Part shown: positions 1-8,844 of the stretch, in pieces
How positions within the stretch are numbered: the stretch's first letter is position 1
Layout: the number at the start of each line of letters is the position of its first letter
Source of the DNA: Dehalococcoidia bacterium
GTDB lineage: Bacteria > Chloroflexota > Dehalococcoidia > Lucifugimonadales > CBDBON01
Assembly (NCBI GenBank): GCA_965208395.1
Contig: CBDBON010000003.1
Location: forward strand, 242,422-274,421
DNA: 32,000 bases
Reading direction: 5' to 3'
Notes under the pieces: generated by a model
What the model was told of the DNA's origin: nothing
Seen by the model: only the letters and a program-made list of their open reading frames with translations
Databases searched by the model: none
Position numbers and translations under genes: made by a program

Positions 1-1154
1 TCCCTGACCGATTCGTCGGCGAGCAGCACCTCGTAGGCGACGCTGGGCGAGGTGGCGAGGAGGTTGAGGCCGTACTCCCGCTCGAGCCTCTCCTGTACGA
101 CGTCCATGTGCAGCAGGCCGAGGAAGCCGCACCGGTAGCCTGAGCCGAGCGCGGCGGATGTCTCGGCCTGGAAGCTGAGCGCGGCGTCGTTGAGGCCGAG
201 TTTCTCCAAGGCTGCACGCAGCGCCAGATAGTCCTCTCCGTCGGCGGGGTAGAGGCCGGCGAAGACCATCGGCTTGAGGGGCCGGTGTGGCGCTAGGGCC
301 GTCCCGGCGGGGGCGCGCGCCAGAGTCACCGTGTCTCCGACGGGGGCGTCGCCGACGCGCTTGAGGCCGGTGGCTATGTATCCGACCTCTCCCGCGCCAA
401 GCAGAGCCGCCCTCTCGGGGTGGGGCCTGAATACGCCGACCTCGATGACGTCGCTGTCGACTCCGGTGGACATCATGCGTATGCGACCGGAGGCGGGCAC
501 CGCGCCCTCGAAGACGCGGACGTATGCGACGACGCCCTTGTAGGGGTCGTACTTGGAGTCGAATACGAGGGCGCGTAGGGGTTTTTCTCCTGCGCCCTGC
601 GGAGGGGGGATGCGACTGACAATCGCTTCGAGCACCTCGTCGACGCCGGTCCCGTCCTTCGCCGATACGAAGACCATCTCATCGCGGCGGAAGCCGAATG
701 CCTGCTCGACCTCGCCGGCGACCCTCTCCGGCTCGGCGACATCCAGGTCGATCTTGTTGATGACCGGGACCACCTCCAGGTCGTGGTCGAGCGCGAGGTA
801 GACGTTGGCGAGCGTCTGGGCCTGTATCCCCTGGCTGGCGTCGACGACCAGCAGCGCGCCCTCGCAGGCCGCCAGGCTGCGTGATACCTCGTAGCTGAAG
901 TCGACGTGTCCGGGGGTGTCGATCAGGTTGAGCTGGTAGTCGGCGCCGTCGCGGGCGGCGTAGCTCATCCTGACGGCCTGGGCCTTGATGGTGATGCCTC
1001 GCTCTCGCTCCAGGTCCATCGTGTCGAGGACCTGGTCGGTCATCTGCCGGTCGTCGAGGGCGCCGGTGGCCTGCAGGAGCCTGTCGGCGAGCGTCGACTT
1101 GCCGTGGTCGATGTGAGCGATGATGCAGAAGTTGCGGATCGATCGCGATGCCAT
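1..1154 (-). CDS. lepA: Translation elongation factor 4 (LepA), N-terminal ~384 codons; 3' end runs off the left window edge
   Basis: Absent from the ORF track because it is open at the window edge. My own minus-strand translation from ATG 1154..1152 gives [27 protein letters not shown]...[19 protein letters not shown]...VINKIDL...[15 protein letters not shown]. This contains GTPase motifs G1 (AHIDHGKST), G3 (DTPGH) and G4 (NKID), plus the LepA-typical N-terminus and domain II sequence. Confidence 0.96.
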   Translation of the reverse strand, partial: MASRSIRNFCIIAHIDHGKSTLADRLLQATGALDDRQMTDQVLDTMDLERERGITIKAQAVRMSYAARDGADYQLNLIDTPGHVDFSYEVSRSLAACEGALLVVDASQGIQAQTLANVYLALDHDLEVVPVINKIDLDVAEPERVAGEVEQAFGFRRDEMVFVSAKDGTGVDEVLEAIVSRIPPPQGAGEKPLRALVFDSKYDPYKGVVAYVRVFEGAVPASGRIRMMSTGVDSDVIEVGVFRPHPERAALLGAGEVGYIATGLKRVGDAPVGDTVTLARAPAGTALAPHRPLKPMVFAGLYPADGEDYLALRAALEKLGLNDAALSFQAETSAALGSGYRCGFLGLLHMDVVQERLEREYGLNLLATSPSVAYEVLLADESVR

Positions 1155-1262
1155 GGGGAAAGGGTAGCACAGGCGGCGTGTCGGAAGGGGGACCCCCATC
1201 TCAGTCTTCCCCCGGCTCCGCATGGGCAGAGGCAGGAGACGGAGTGAAGGAAGAGGGCGCTC

Positions 1263-2456
1263 TTATGCGGCGGGGCGTGAGTCCCTAGGGCGGCGAAGCG
1301 GCTGCCCGCTTCGATACGTGGCGACTCGCCAGAACCACTCCGCAGGTCCGAAGAGGAAGCGGCTCAGCCACGCCTGGGACCACCAGATCTGCAGCGCCCA
1401 CACTGCGAGCACAAACACCAGTACGACGCCTCGGTTGACGTAGTCGAAGTCGCCCAGGAGGACCGTCAAGACAAGAACGCCCAGCACGGTCTGCGCCAGG
1501 TAGTTGGTCAGCGCCATCCTCCCAACCGCGCGCAGACGCTGCTTGAGCCAGCTGTCCGCGCGGTCGTTCCAGAGAATGATGAGGCTCATGTATCCCAGCG
1601 AGAAGGGAATCGTGCCAATGGTGTTGGGAATCTGTCCGATGAAGGCGACCTCACGAGAGTAGTCGTTCGTCGCGGTAATGACGACGCCGGCGGCGGCGAG
1701 CGGCAGACCGATCGCAACCCCGATCATTGCAGTCAGCCGATACGTCCTCGCGGGCAGGCCGCCGTTAATGAAGCCGGTGCGGTACAGGCCTGCGCCGACG
1801 AGGATCAGTCCCAGAGCGCGCAGGAAGAAGCCCAGCAGGACGAGAAGCCCGATAGTCTCCTGATCCGAGATCGTGCCCGACGTCCCGTCCGATATATCAC
1901 CCGGCGTCCAGAGACCCGACAGCGACGCGCCGGTCGCGTCGGCGATTGCCTGCGCGAGCAGCGCGCAGGCAACGGATAGGGCGAACACGGTCACTCCAAC
2001 GGAGATGAGCGTCCGGTCCGGCAGCTTTCGCATGGCGATCAGGAAGACCGACGATATTGCATAGGCCATCAGAACGTCGCCGTCCCACAGCAGAAAGTGG
2101 AGCAGGCCGATCAGCAGCAGCAGTGCGTTTCTCCACAGGTTCAGCGCGACGGCGCGCCTTCCTCTCGCGGCGGCGCGGTCGATGAAAAGAATCATCCCCG
2201 CGCCGAACAGCAGCGAGAAGAGCCCCATGAACTTCTGGTCGACGAATATCTCGCCGAAGATGCCGACGGCCCAGTCGAGCCATGTCTCCGAGCCGCCCGC
2301 GCTTAGGTTGAAGTAGGGCCCAGCGTCGAACCTGAAGGAGACGGCGTTCATCAACAGGATGCCGAGCACCGCAACCCCGCGTATCAGGTCGAGGCTGGTT
2401 ATGCGGCCGGACTCGCGAACGGGACCGGAATCGGCGGTCTGGGAGTGCGCTGCCAA
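1263..2456 (-). CDS. DUF418 (YeiB-like) multi-pass membrane protein
   Basis: 397-aa ORF with a TTG start at 2456 and GAGGAG 7 nt upstream. N-terminus is ITSLDLIRGVAVLGILLMNAVSF. C-terminal GRMALTNYLAQTVLG and GPAEWFWRVATYR motifs are typical of the DUF418/YeiB family. Many hydrophobic segments. It lies 44 nt downstream of hyuB on the same strand. Confidence 0.85.
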   Translation of the reverse strand: MAAHSQTADSGPVRESGRITSLDLIRGVAVLGILLMNAVSFRFDAGPYFNLSAGGSETWLDWAVGIFGEIFVDQKFMGLFSLLFGAGMILFIDRAAARGRRAVALNLWRNALLLLIGLLHFLLWDGDVLMAYAISSVFLIAMRKLPDRTLISVGVTVFALSVACALLAQAIADATGASLSGLWTPGDISDGTSGTISDQETIGLLVLLGFFLRALGLILVGAGLYRTGFINGGLPARTYRLTAMIGVAIGLPLAAAGVVITATNDYSREVAFIGQIPNTIGTIPFSLGYMSLIILWNDRADSWLKQRLRAVGRMALTNYLAQTVLGVLVLTVLLGDFDYVNRGVVLVFVLAVWALQIWWSQAWLSRFLFGPAEWFWRVATYRSGQPLRRPRDSRPAA

Positions 2457-2500
2457 CAGGTGGGGGCTCCTCAGAGCGGCGGGCGGGAGTTGGACAGGTG

Positions 2501-4285
2501 TCAGCGGTCTGCTGGGACGGCTGCGGGTTGGAGATCGAGCGGTCCCCGGCGTGCCGTCATGTCCGCGCGCAGCCTCGCCGTCGCATCCTCGTCCACGCCC
2601 GGAGGGCCGTCGAGGATGACGACGCCGTACGCCTCCCTGGCATGGGCCGCCGTGAATTTTTCCTGTATCACGTCGTCGAGCACGGCCCTGGCGTCGCGCT
2701 CGAGGGGGTCACCATAGCCGCCGGCGCCTGAGCCGGTCTGCCTGAAGACGTCTCCCTTCCTCAGGGTCCTGAGGAACTTGGAAGGAAGCTTCTCGTTCTC
2801 CCCGTCCGGGTTGAGGATGTTGGAGTTGCGCGAGCCCGGGCTCCCGCCCTGCGCTCCCCAGGGCAGGTACTTTCCCCGGTCCGATCTGACCTGGAGCGTC
2901 GCCTCTTCGGCCGTAAGCTCGAACTCGCGAACGATGCCCATGCCTCCCCGGTATTTGCCCGCGCCCTCGCTGTCGGGCACGAAGCCGTATCGCCTGACGC
3001 GGAGCGGGTGGTTGGCCTCGATGCTCTCGATGGGGGTGTTCGCCTGGTTGGTGACGGGCGCCGCCGCGCCGTCGACGCCGTCGGCGTATGGACCGCCTCC
3101 CCTGGGGCCGTCGTTGTTGAACTCGACGAAGACGAAGGCCTTACCGTCCGGGTGGTAGCCGCCGAAGCTGATCGCCACCTCTCCCCCACCCCACGCGCCC
3201 GGCACGCGGTCGGGCAACGCCTTGGCCATGGCGCCGAAGACGGTCTGGGCGACGCGGAAGCCTCCCAGCCCCCTGGCAGCCACGGGAGCCGGATGCTGGG
3301 CGTTTACGTAGCAGCCCGGCGGGGCGACGACCTCGATCGGCCTAAAGAAGCCGGTGTTTGCGGTGATATCGGGATTGGTGAGGTTCTTGAAGACGGCGTA
3401 GACGGAGGACTTGGTGAACGGCAGATTGGGGTTGATGGAGCCCCTCGCCTGAGGGGAGGTGCCGGTGAAGTCGACCAGCATCTCGTCACCCTCGATGGTG
3501 ACGCGAACCTTGATCTTGATCGGCTGCGGCTCGATTCCATCGTCGTCGATGTAGTCGGTGAAGTCCCACGATCCGTCAGGGAGGGCGGCGATCTCGGCCC
3601 TCGTCAGGCGCTCGGTGTAGTCGATGATGTCGGTCATGTAGTTGCGGACGTCCTCGACGCCGTACTCGTCGATAAGCTGGAGGATGTCCCGCTCGCCCTG
3701 GTGGAGCGCCGAAATCTGAGCCAGCACGTCTCCCTGCACCATGTCGGGCACGCGGACGTTCTTGTTCAGGATGCGCCATACGGCGTGGTTCATCACGCCT
3801 TCCTCGACCAGCTTGATTGGCGGGATCCTGAGCCCCTCCTGGTATATCTCGGTGTTGTCGCAGGCGTTGCCGCCGGCGACCCTGCCTCCGATGTCGGTGT
3901 GATGTGCGATGACGCAGGTCCAGCCGGCGAGCGCGTCGTTGTAGAAGACGGGCTTGAAGAGGAAGATGTCAGGGAGGTGGCTTCCGCCCTCGTACGGGTC
4001 GTTGTTGGCGAAGATGTCGCCCGGCTTGACGTCGTCTCCGTAGTAGTCCCGGATGGCGTCCAGCGCGGGCTGCATGGCGCCCATGTGGAAAGGCAGGGTC
4101 AACCCCTGGGCCACCTGCTGCCCCTCCGCGTTGAAGATGCCGGTGGAGAAGTCCATGCCGTCCTTGACGACCGCGGACCGCGCCGTTCGCACGACCGTAA
4201 CGGCCATCGTATCGGCGGCGCTGGAGAGGTAGTTCCTGACGATCTCCCGAGTGACCGGATCGAGTCCGCTGTCTTCCTGCATCAT
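2501..4285 (-). CDS. Hydantoinase B / oxoprolinase family protein (HyuB/OplB-like subunit)
   Basis: ORF 2501..4444 trimmed to ATGATG at 4285 (MMQEDSGLDPVTREIVRNYLSSAADTM...). This start overlaps the TGA of the upstream gene (ATGATGA), which suggests translational coupling. Family motifs are NDPYEGGSHLPD and GSGAGGYGDPLERD. The 53 codons upstream are Arg/Pro-rich and lie inside the hyuA coding region. Confidence 0.92.
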   Translation of the reverse strand: MMQEDSGLDPVTREIVRNYLSSAADTMAVTVVRTARSAVVKDGMDFSTGIFNAEGQQVAQGLTLPFHMGAMQPALDAIRDYYGDDVKPGDIFANNDPYEGGSHLPDIFLFKPVFYNDALAGWTCVIAHHTDIGGRVAGGNACDNTEIYQEGLRIPPIKLVEEGVMNHAVWRILNKNVRVPDMVQGDVLAQISALHQGERDILQLIDEYGVEDVRNYMTDIIDYTERLTRAEIAALPDGSWDFTDYIDDDGIEPQPIKIKVRVTIEGDEMLVDFTGTSPQARGSINPNLPFTKSSVYAVFKNLTNPDITANTGFFRPIEVVAPPGCYVNAQHPAPVAARGLGGFRVAQTVFGAMAKALPDRVPGAWGGGEVAISFGGYHPDGKAFVFVEFNNDGPRGGGPYADGVDGAAAPVTNQANTPIESIEANHPLRVRRYGFVPDSEGAGKYRGGMGIVREFELTAEEATLQVRSDRGKYLPWGAQGGSPGSRNSNILNPDGENEKLPSKFLRTLRKGDVFRQTGSGAGGYGDPLERDARAVLDDVIQEKFTAAHAREAYGVVILDGPPGVDEDATARLRADMTARRGPLDLQPAAVPADR

Positions 4286-6375
4286 CTTCCTCCGCCTGTG
4301 AGGACGATATTCTTTAGCGAGTCGAGCGAGGCCCTCCAGCGGGGAGGGACGACGACGGTCGAGTCGTACTCCTCGACGACGAGGGGCCCGTCGGAGGGGG
4401 CGTCGTCGAGGTCCAGCCTGTCTATGACGGGCGTATCCACCCAACCGGTCCTCGGACCGAAGTAGAGCATCCGTCGACCGCTCCCCTGGTCTGCGGGCCG
4501 TCGGCTCACGGCGATCCGCCCAGGCACCCGATCCGCATCCGAGAGGCCGCGGGCGACGACGCGGACGCTGACGAGCTGCATAGGCTCGTCGACCCGGTAG
4601 CCGTAGGTCTTCTCATGCTCCGCTGCGTACGCCTCGGCCAGCCGGTCGAGGCTGTCCGGGGAGAATGAGTCGTCGTCCATGCGCACGGTCAGCTCCGACG
4701 TCTGGCCGACGTACTTCATGTCGACCTGCGTCTCGGTCTGCTGGCGTGACGGGTCGAACCCCTCCTCCGAGAGGAGGGACGCTCCCTGCTCCTTCAGTCC
4801 CCGGAGTATGGCGTTGGCCTCGTCCAGGTCGAGACTGGAGAACTGCCTGAAGTGCGTCTGGACGAAGTGGTGCTCCACGTCGGCGAAGAGGAGCCCGAAG
4901 GCGCTGAATGCGCCGGGGGACGGCGGGACCACGACCCGGCCTATCCCCAGCATCTCGGCGAGCCCGGCCGCATGCAGCGGCCCGCCGCCGCCGAAGGCGA
5001 CCATCGTGAAGCGGCGGGGATCACGGCCCCGCTCGCTGGAGACGGCGCGCAGGGCCCGCCCCATGTTGGAGTTGACCAGCAGATGGATGCCGTGAGCCGC
5101 GTCGGTCCCGGATAGGTTGAGCGGGACGGCGACGCGGTCGGCGATGGCCCGGCGTGCGGCGTCGGCATCGATTGGGAACGCGCCGCCCAGCAGGTAGTCC
5201 GGGTTCAGGTATCCGAGGGCCACGTTGGCGTCGGTGACCGTAGGCTCCTGGCCGCCGTTCGCGTAGCACACGGGGCCGGGGGCCGCCCCCGCGCTCTGAG
5301 GGCCGCACTGGAGCGCCCCCGCCTTGTCGACCCAGGCTATGCTGCCCCCACCGGCGCTCACCTCCGCGAGGTCTATGGCGGGCACCCGCAGCACGTATCC
5401 GCCGCCCGTCAGGAGGCGGTGTCCGACGCTCATGCCGCCGCCGACCTCGTACTCGGGCGCGCGCAGCATCTCGCCGCCCTCTATGATCGACGCCTTGGCC
5501 GTCGTTCCTCCCATGTCGAAGCTGATGATGTCGGGAGCGTCGATCCTTCCGCCGAGGTGATACGCCCCGACGACCCCGGCCGCCGGGCCAGACTCGATGC
5601 AGAATATGGGCCTGTCCACCGTGACATCCACCGGCGCCAGTCCGCCGTTCGACTGCATGATGGTCAACGGTATCGTCAGACCGCGCGCCCGGAGGCGCCG
5701 GTCGAGGTCGTTGAGATAGCGCGCGACTACGGGTCTGACATAGGCGTTGATGACGGTGGTGCTGGTACGCTCGTACTCCCGCATCTCGGGCAGGACCTGG
5801 CTGGACAGGGAGAGGTCGAGGCCGGGCAGCCGCTCCATCAGCAGCTCCGCGATCCGGGCCTCATGGTCGGGGTTAGCGTAGGAGTGGAGCAGCGAGACCG
5901 CCACCGACCGGACGCCCTTCTCCGCCAGCCGGTCCGCCACAGCTTCCACGTCGGCGATATCGAGAGGCTGCAGCACCTCTCCCTCGTAGCTGACCCGCTC
6001 GCGCACCTCGAAGCGGAGTCGCCGCTCCACGAGGGGCGGAGGCTTGCGATAATAAAGGTCGTACAGGCGGGGAGTGCGTATACGGCCGAGCTCCAAGACG
6101 TCCCTGAAGCCGGCGGTGGTGACCAGCGCGGTCTTCTCGCCCTTTCCCTCCAGGATCGCATTCGTGGCGACGGTGAAGCCGTGTCCGATCTCGGTCACGT
6201 CGACCGGCTCGATCCCCAGCGTCCGGATGCACTCGTCCAGCCCTGCGAGGACGCCGCGTCCGTAGTCGTCGGGAGTGCTGGCGACCTTTTTGACCAGGAC
6301 GCGGCCGTCGTCACCCAGGAAGACGACGTCGGTGAAGGTGCCGCCTATGTCCACCGCCGCTCTGAATCCGGCCAT
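4282..6375 (-). CDS. Hydantoinase A / oxoprolinase family protein (HyuA/OplA-like subunit)
   Basis: ORF 4282..6513 trimmed to ATG 6375 (MAGFRAAVDIGGTFTDVVFLGDDG...), the canonical N-terminal ATPase motif of hydantoinase A. A second ASKHA-type motif, ISFDMGGTTAK, is also present. Length of 697 aa is typical for the family. Confidence 0.92.
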   Translation of the reverse strand: MAGFRAAVDIGGTFTDVVFLGDDGRVLVKKVASTPDDYGRGVLAGLDECIRTLGIEPVDVTEIGHGFTVATNAILEGKGEKTALVTTAGFRDVLELGRIRTPRLYDLYYRKPPPLVERRLRFEVRERVSYEGEVLQPLDIADVEAVADRLAEKGVRSVAVSLLHSYANPDHEARIAELLMERLPGLDLSLSSQVLPEMREYERTSTTVINAYVRPVVARYLNDLDRRLRARGLTIPLTIMQSNGGLAPVDVTVDRPIFCIESGPAAGVVGAYHLGGRIDAPDIISFDMGGTTAKASIIEGGEMLRAPEYEVGGGMSVGHRLLTGGGYVLRVPAIDLAEVSAGGGSIAWVDKAGALQCGPQSAGAAPGPVCYANGGQEPTVTDANVALGYLNPDYLLGGAFPIDADAARRAIADRVAVPLNLSGTDAAHGIHLLVNSNMGRALRAVSSERGRDPRRFTMVAFGGGGPLHAAGLAEMLGIGRVVVPPSPGAFSAFGLLFADVEHHFVQTHFRQFSSLDLDEANAILRGLKEQGASLLSEEGFDPSRQQTETQVDMKYVGQTSELTVRMDDDSFSPDSLDRLAEAYAAEHEKTYGYRVDEPMQLVSVRVVARGLSDADRVPGRIAVSRRPADQGSGRRMLYFGPRTGWVDTPVIDRLDLDDAPSDGPLVVEEYDSTVVVPPRWRASLDSLKNIVLTGGGR

Positions 6376-6576
6376 GTCGGAGAGATCGGCTCCGCCCGGC
6401 GTCGGGGCCGGGCTCCCGCTGTATGCTGCCGGTCGCAGCGCAGGTGATTGTAGATGGGATGGGCTTGGAAAGCTAGACCGCCCGACAGGCGGCGTCGATC
6501 CGTTTGACATCACTGCCTGTCTAGACTACGTTGTAGACTCTCGGTCAACAGCCTCGGCGAACGGAAACGGACATCC

Positions 6577-7275
6577 ATGCGAAGGGTAGGACGCCTCATA
6601 CTCGCATGCTCGACCCTCATGCTCTCGGTGATTGCCCTCGCGTGCGGCGGGAGTGGAGATAGCAGCGGCGGCAACGAGAGCGAGGCGAGGGCCGCTGAGG
6701 CGGCGCTGGAGGCTGTCCCGACCAACATGACGCTGACAAGCATGGTGTTCGGCGACGGCGGGGATATCCCCGGCGGCCACACCTGCTACGTACTAGACAG
6801 GTCGCCTCCCCTAGCGTGGAGCGGCGTCCCGGAAGGCACGGCGAGTCTAGTCCTCATAGTACGAGATGCCAACGCCGAGGGTGTGAACGACGGGGTACAC
6901 TGGGTGGTCTACGATCTGCCTGCCAACGTCGATCAGCTGCCGGGGAGCGTATCGATCACCCAGGAGACGGTATCGGGAGGCACGCAGGGCAGGAACTCGG
7001 AGAAGCGGCGAGGCTGGGTCGGCCCGTGTCCCGAGAAGGGCGGCGACCACGCGGGGACATACGTCTTCAACATCTACGCTCTCGATGCGAGTCTGGGGCT
7101 GACAGTGGAGGGCGGCGCCAGCAGAAGCGATGTGCTTGCCGCCATGGCGGGTCGCGTTATCGGCCGCGGCCAGCTCACAGGCACATACTGCCATACCGAC
7201 GCGCCGTGGTCTCCGACGGCAAGCAGGGGCAGCTGCCCTCCAGTCGATCACAAGCTGGGAGCCGAGTCTCCGTAG
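6577..7275 (+). CDS. YbhB/YbcL family Raf-kinase-inhibitor-like (PEBP) protein with a lipoprotein-type signal peptide
   Basis: N-terminus MRRVGRLILACSTLMLSVIALAC-GGSG is a signal peptide with a Cys. The PEBP core is present: SPPLAWSGVPEGTASLVLIVRD...HWVVYDLP...GWVGPCPEKG..HAGTYVFNIYALD. Confidence 0.85.
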   Translation: MRRVGRLILACSTLMLSVIALACGGSGDSSGGNESEARAAEAALEAVPTNMTLTSMVFGDGGDIPGGHTCYVLDRSPPLAWSGVPEGTASLVLIVRDANAEGVNDGVHWVVYDLPANVDQLPGSVSITQETVSGGTQGRNSEKRRGWVGPCPEKGGDHAGTYVFNIYALDASLGLTVEGGASRSDVLAAMAGRVIGRGQLTGTYCHTDAPWSPTASRGSCPPVDHKLGAESP

Positions 7276-7313
7276 GCATCCTCGCGACTCCTCCCAAAAG
7301 GCGTGGACTAACT

Positions 7314-7721
7314 CTACCGTCGTTGGTTGGCCGGCACCTTACACCCTGAAATCTTGTGCCGGTTGTCGGCGATCAGCCTGTAGACGGGAACGCCAATAAG
7401 CCATGCCCCGGGCAGCCACATCAGCGCGCCCAGCGGAGAGAGCGCGGACAGCACCGTCAGCAGCTTACGGAAAGCGAAAAAGCCCTCATGGATGTCTCCC
7501 GGAGCGCACACCAGATAGGCCGACCGTTCCAGATCACTCCATGTGACGCCTGGAGGCGGACTCTCTATAGCCTGCGTCGCCGTCCACGCAATCCGGCTCC
7601 TCCGGTCGAATTGGCTCAGCCACCTGACCACGGCGGAGCACATTCCGCAGTCGCCGTCGTAGTAGAAGGTCCAGATGGCCTCTTTGGACTTCAGCCTCGG
7701 GAGCTTGGATCGCAGTGACAA
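7314..7721 (-). CDS. DCC-family (DUF393) thiol-disulfide oxidoreductase
   Basis: 135-aa ORF. N-terminal WTFYYDGDCGMCSAVVRWL carries the D-C-x-x-C motif that defines the DCC family. The start is TTG at 7721 with no in-frame ATG/GTG alternative nearby, so the start is less certain. It lies 61 nt downstream of the DM13 gene on the same strand. Confidence 0.8.
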   Translation of the reverse strand: MSLRSKLPRLKSKEAIWTFYYDGDCGMCSAVVRWLSQFDRRSRIAWTATQAIESPPPGVTWSDLERSAYLVCAPGDIHEGFFAFRKLLTVLSALSPLGALMWLPGAWLIGVPVYRLIADNRHKISGCKVPANQRR

Positions 7722-7782
7722 GTTGCGGCTCGCGCTCTATTCCTGGTTCTCCGCAGACAGCCGGGATTCATTCCGATCCAGA

Positions 7783-8688
7783 TCAGTCGAGGCCAAGGGT
7801 CGCTACGCTGAAGACGACGGAGAAGGGCTTGCAGTAGATGACCACGCTGTTGATGACCGACACGTCCACACCGTCAGGGATCGGGTAGTTCTGATTCCCA
7901 CGGTTACCCTTCAGCGGCCCCAGGTCGACGTATCCCGCCAGCTTCACCTCGCTCGACCGCGTCGGGTCCTCGTGGGGCGACAGGACCACGTGGAGGGCCG
8001 GTCCGTTGGTCACGTCGAGATTCTCTAGCCTGAGCAGGTGAAGTCCGTCAGGGGTCGTGAAGATGGTCGCCTGACCGCTTCCCCGGTGGAAGGCATCGGC
8101 GTCCTTGAACTCCCCCTGCTTTACCTTCTGGACCTCGGCCTGCCGGTCGGCGTTCGCCATGATGACCGGCTCCATCATGCTGGTGGCCTGCTCAACCATG
8201 TCCTTGTCGGTCCCGTCACCGATCATCTGGAACCCTTTTTCCAGAGTGTCGTAGTCACTGTCGCTCATCGCCGTGACCGGCTTGCCGGCCGCGAGCATGG
8301 CGCCGGCGTTGATGTCCGAGGTCGCGGGCATCTCCTCGTCCATCATCTGGTCGTCCACCATCGCCATTCCGGCCATCACCCCCTCGATATCAGCCCGCTC
8401 CATACCCTCCGGAACGACGGCGTTGAAGGCGAATGGGAACTCCTCCTCAACGGTGACGTTGGTGAACAGCGGCGATCCGAGTGACCATCCTAGCCACAAC
8501 GTGATCGCCAGCAGCGGGACGGAAGCTATGCCGAAGGGCACTCGGTGGCGCCAGACGATCTGGTGCCAGCCCCGCCAGTAGGCGAAGCTGAGGGATGCAG
8601 CGATGAGCACCAGGGTCGCCGCGCCGATGAACCACCGATACTCGTAGAGGCTCGCAAAGGCGCGTTCTAAATCACCGAAGGTAGACAC
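7783..8688 (-). CDS. Membrane-anchored DM13-domain protein with a Met-rich linker
   Basis: GTG start at 8688 with GGAGG 5 nt upstream. Two N-terminal hydrophobic helices. The C-terminal ~105 aa (GEFKDADAFHRGSGQATIF..LRLENLDVTNGPALHVVL...NSVVIYCKPFSVVFSVA) match the DM13 (electron-transfer DM13) pattern. The middle region has 14 Met in residues 96-177. Confidence 0.75.
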   Translation of the reverse strand: MSTFGDLERAFASLYEYRWFIGAATLVLIAASLSFAYWRGWHQIVWRHRVPFGIASVPLLAITLWLGWSLGSPLFTNVTVEEEFPFAFNAVVPEGMERADIEGVMAGMAMVDDQMMDEEMPATSDINAGAMLAAGKPVTAMSDSDYDTLEKGFQMIGDGTDKDMVEQATSMMEPVIMANADRQAEVQKVKQGEFKDADAFHRGSGQATIFTTPDGLHLLRLENLDVTNGPALHVVLSPHEDPTRSSEVKLAGYVDLGPLKGNRGNQNYPIPDGVDVSVINSVVIYCKPFSVVFSVATLGLD

Positions 8689-8844
8689 GATAACCTCCTA
8701 TGGTGGATTCTGCTACGCCTCTTCACGTCGTACCCTTCGAGTCAGGTTAGCCCGTATCTTTTGAAGATCGTACGTTTCCCGACATCGCGCTGCGAGGGGC
8801 TCGAAGGGGGACAGGGAGAGTGAAGGATGTTTCTTGCGGGGTCG

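Noticed and set aside
1186-1198. GGGGGACCCCC palindrome between the DUF418 gene and lepA, considered as a terminator.
   Set aside because: The arms are separated by a single base, so no viable hairpin loop can form, and no U-tract follows. I do not call it a terminator.
4286-4444. N-terminal extensions offered by the ORF track. For hyuB this is 4286-4444. The others are hyuA 6376-6513, the membrane protein 15109-15279, aminotransferase 25303-25386, phosphodiesterase 29218-29319 and aminotransferase 30158-30268.
   Set aside because: The extensions are Arg/Pro/Ser-rich, overlap neighbouring genes or promoters, and lack SDs. The internal ATGs coincide with canonical family N-termini and mostly have strong SDs (GGAGG-type). 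The phosphodiesterase start remains the least certain.
3008-6447. Long plus-strand ORFs 3008..4465 (485 aa) and 5419..6447 (342 aa), opposite the hydantoinase genes.
   Set aside because: These are antisense shadows of hyuB and hyuA. Their composition is dominated by G/D/V/R/A repeats (VVDD.., GGAG..), with no motifs and no SD.
6519-6539. GTCTAGAC palindrome and a GT(C)TAGACT direct repeat, plus a 5-bp CCGCC/GGCGG hairpin at 6478-6492, in the hyuA/PEBP divergent region.
   Set aside because: They are too short and imperfect to distinguish from chance without comparative data. Noted only as possible operator candidates.
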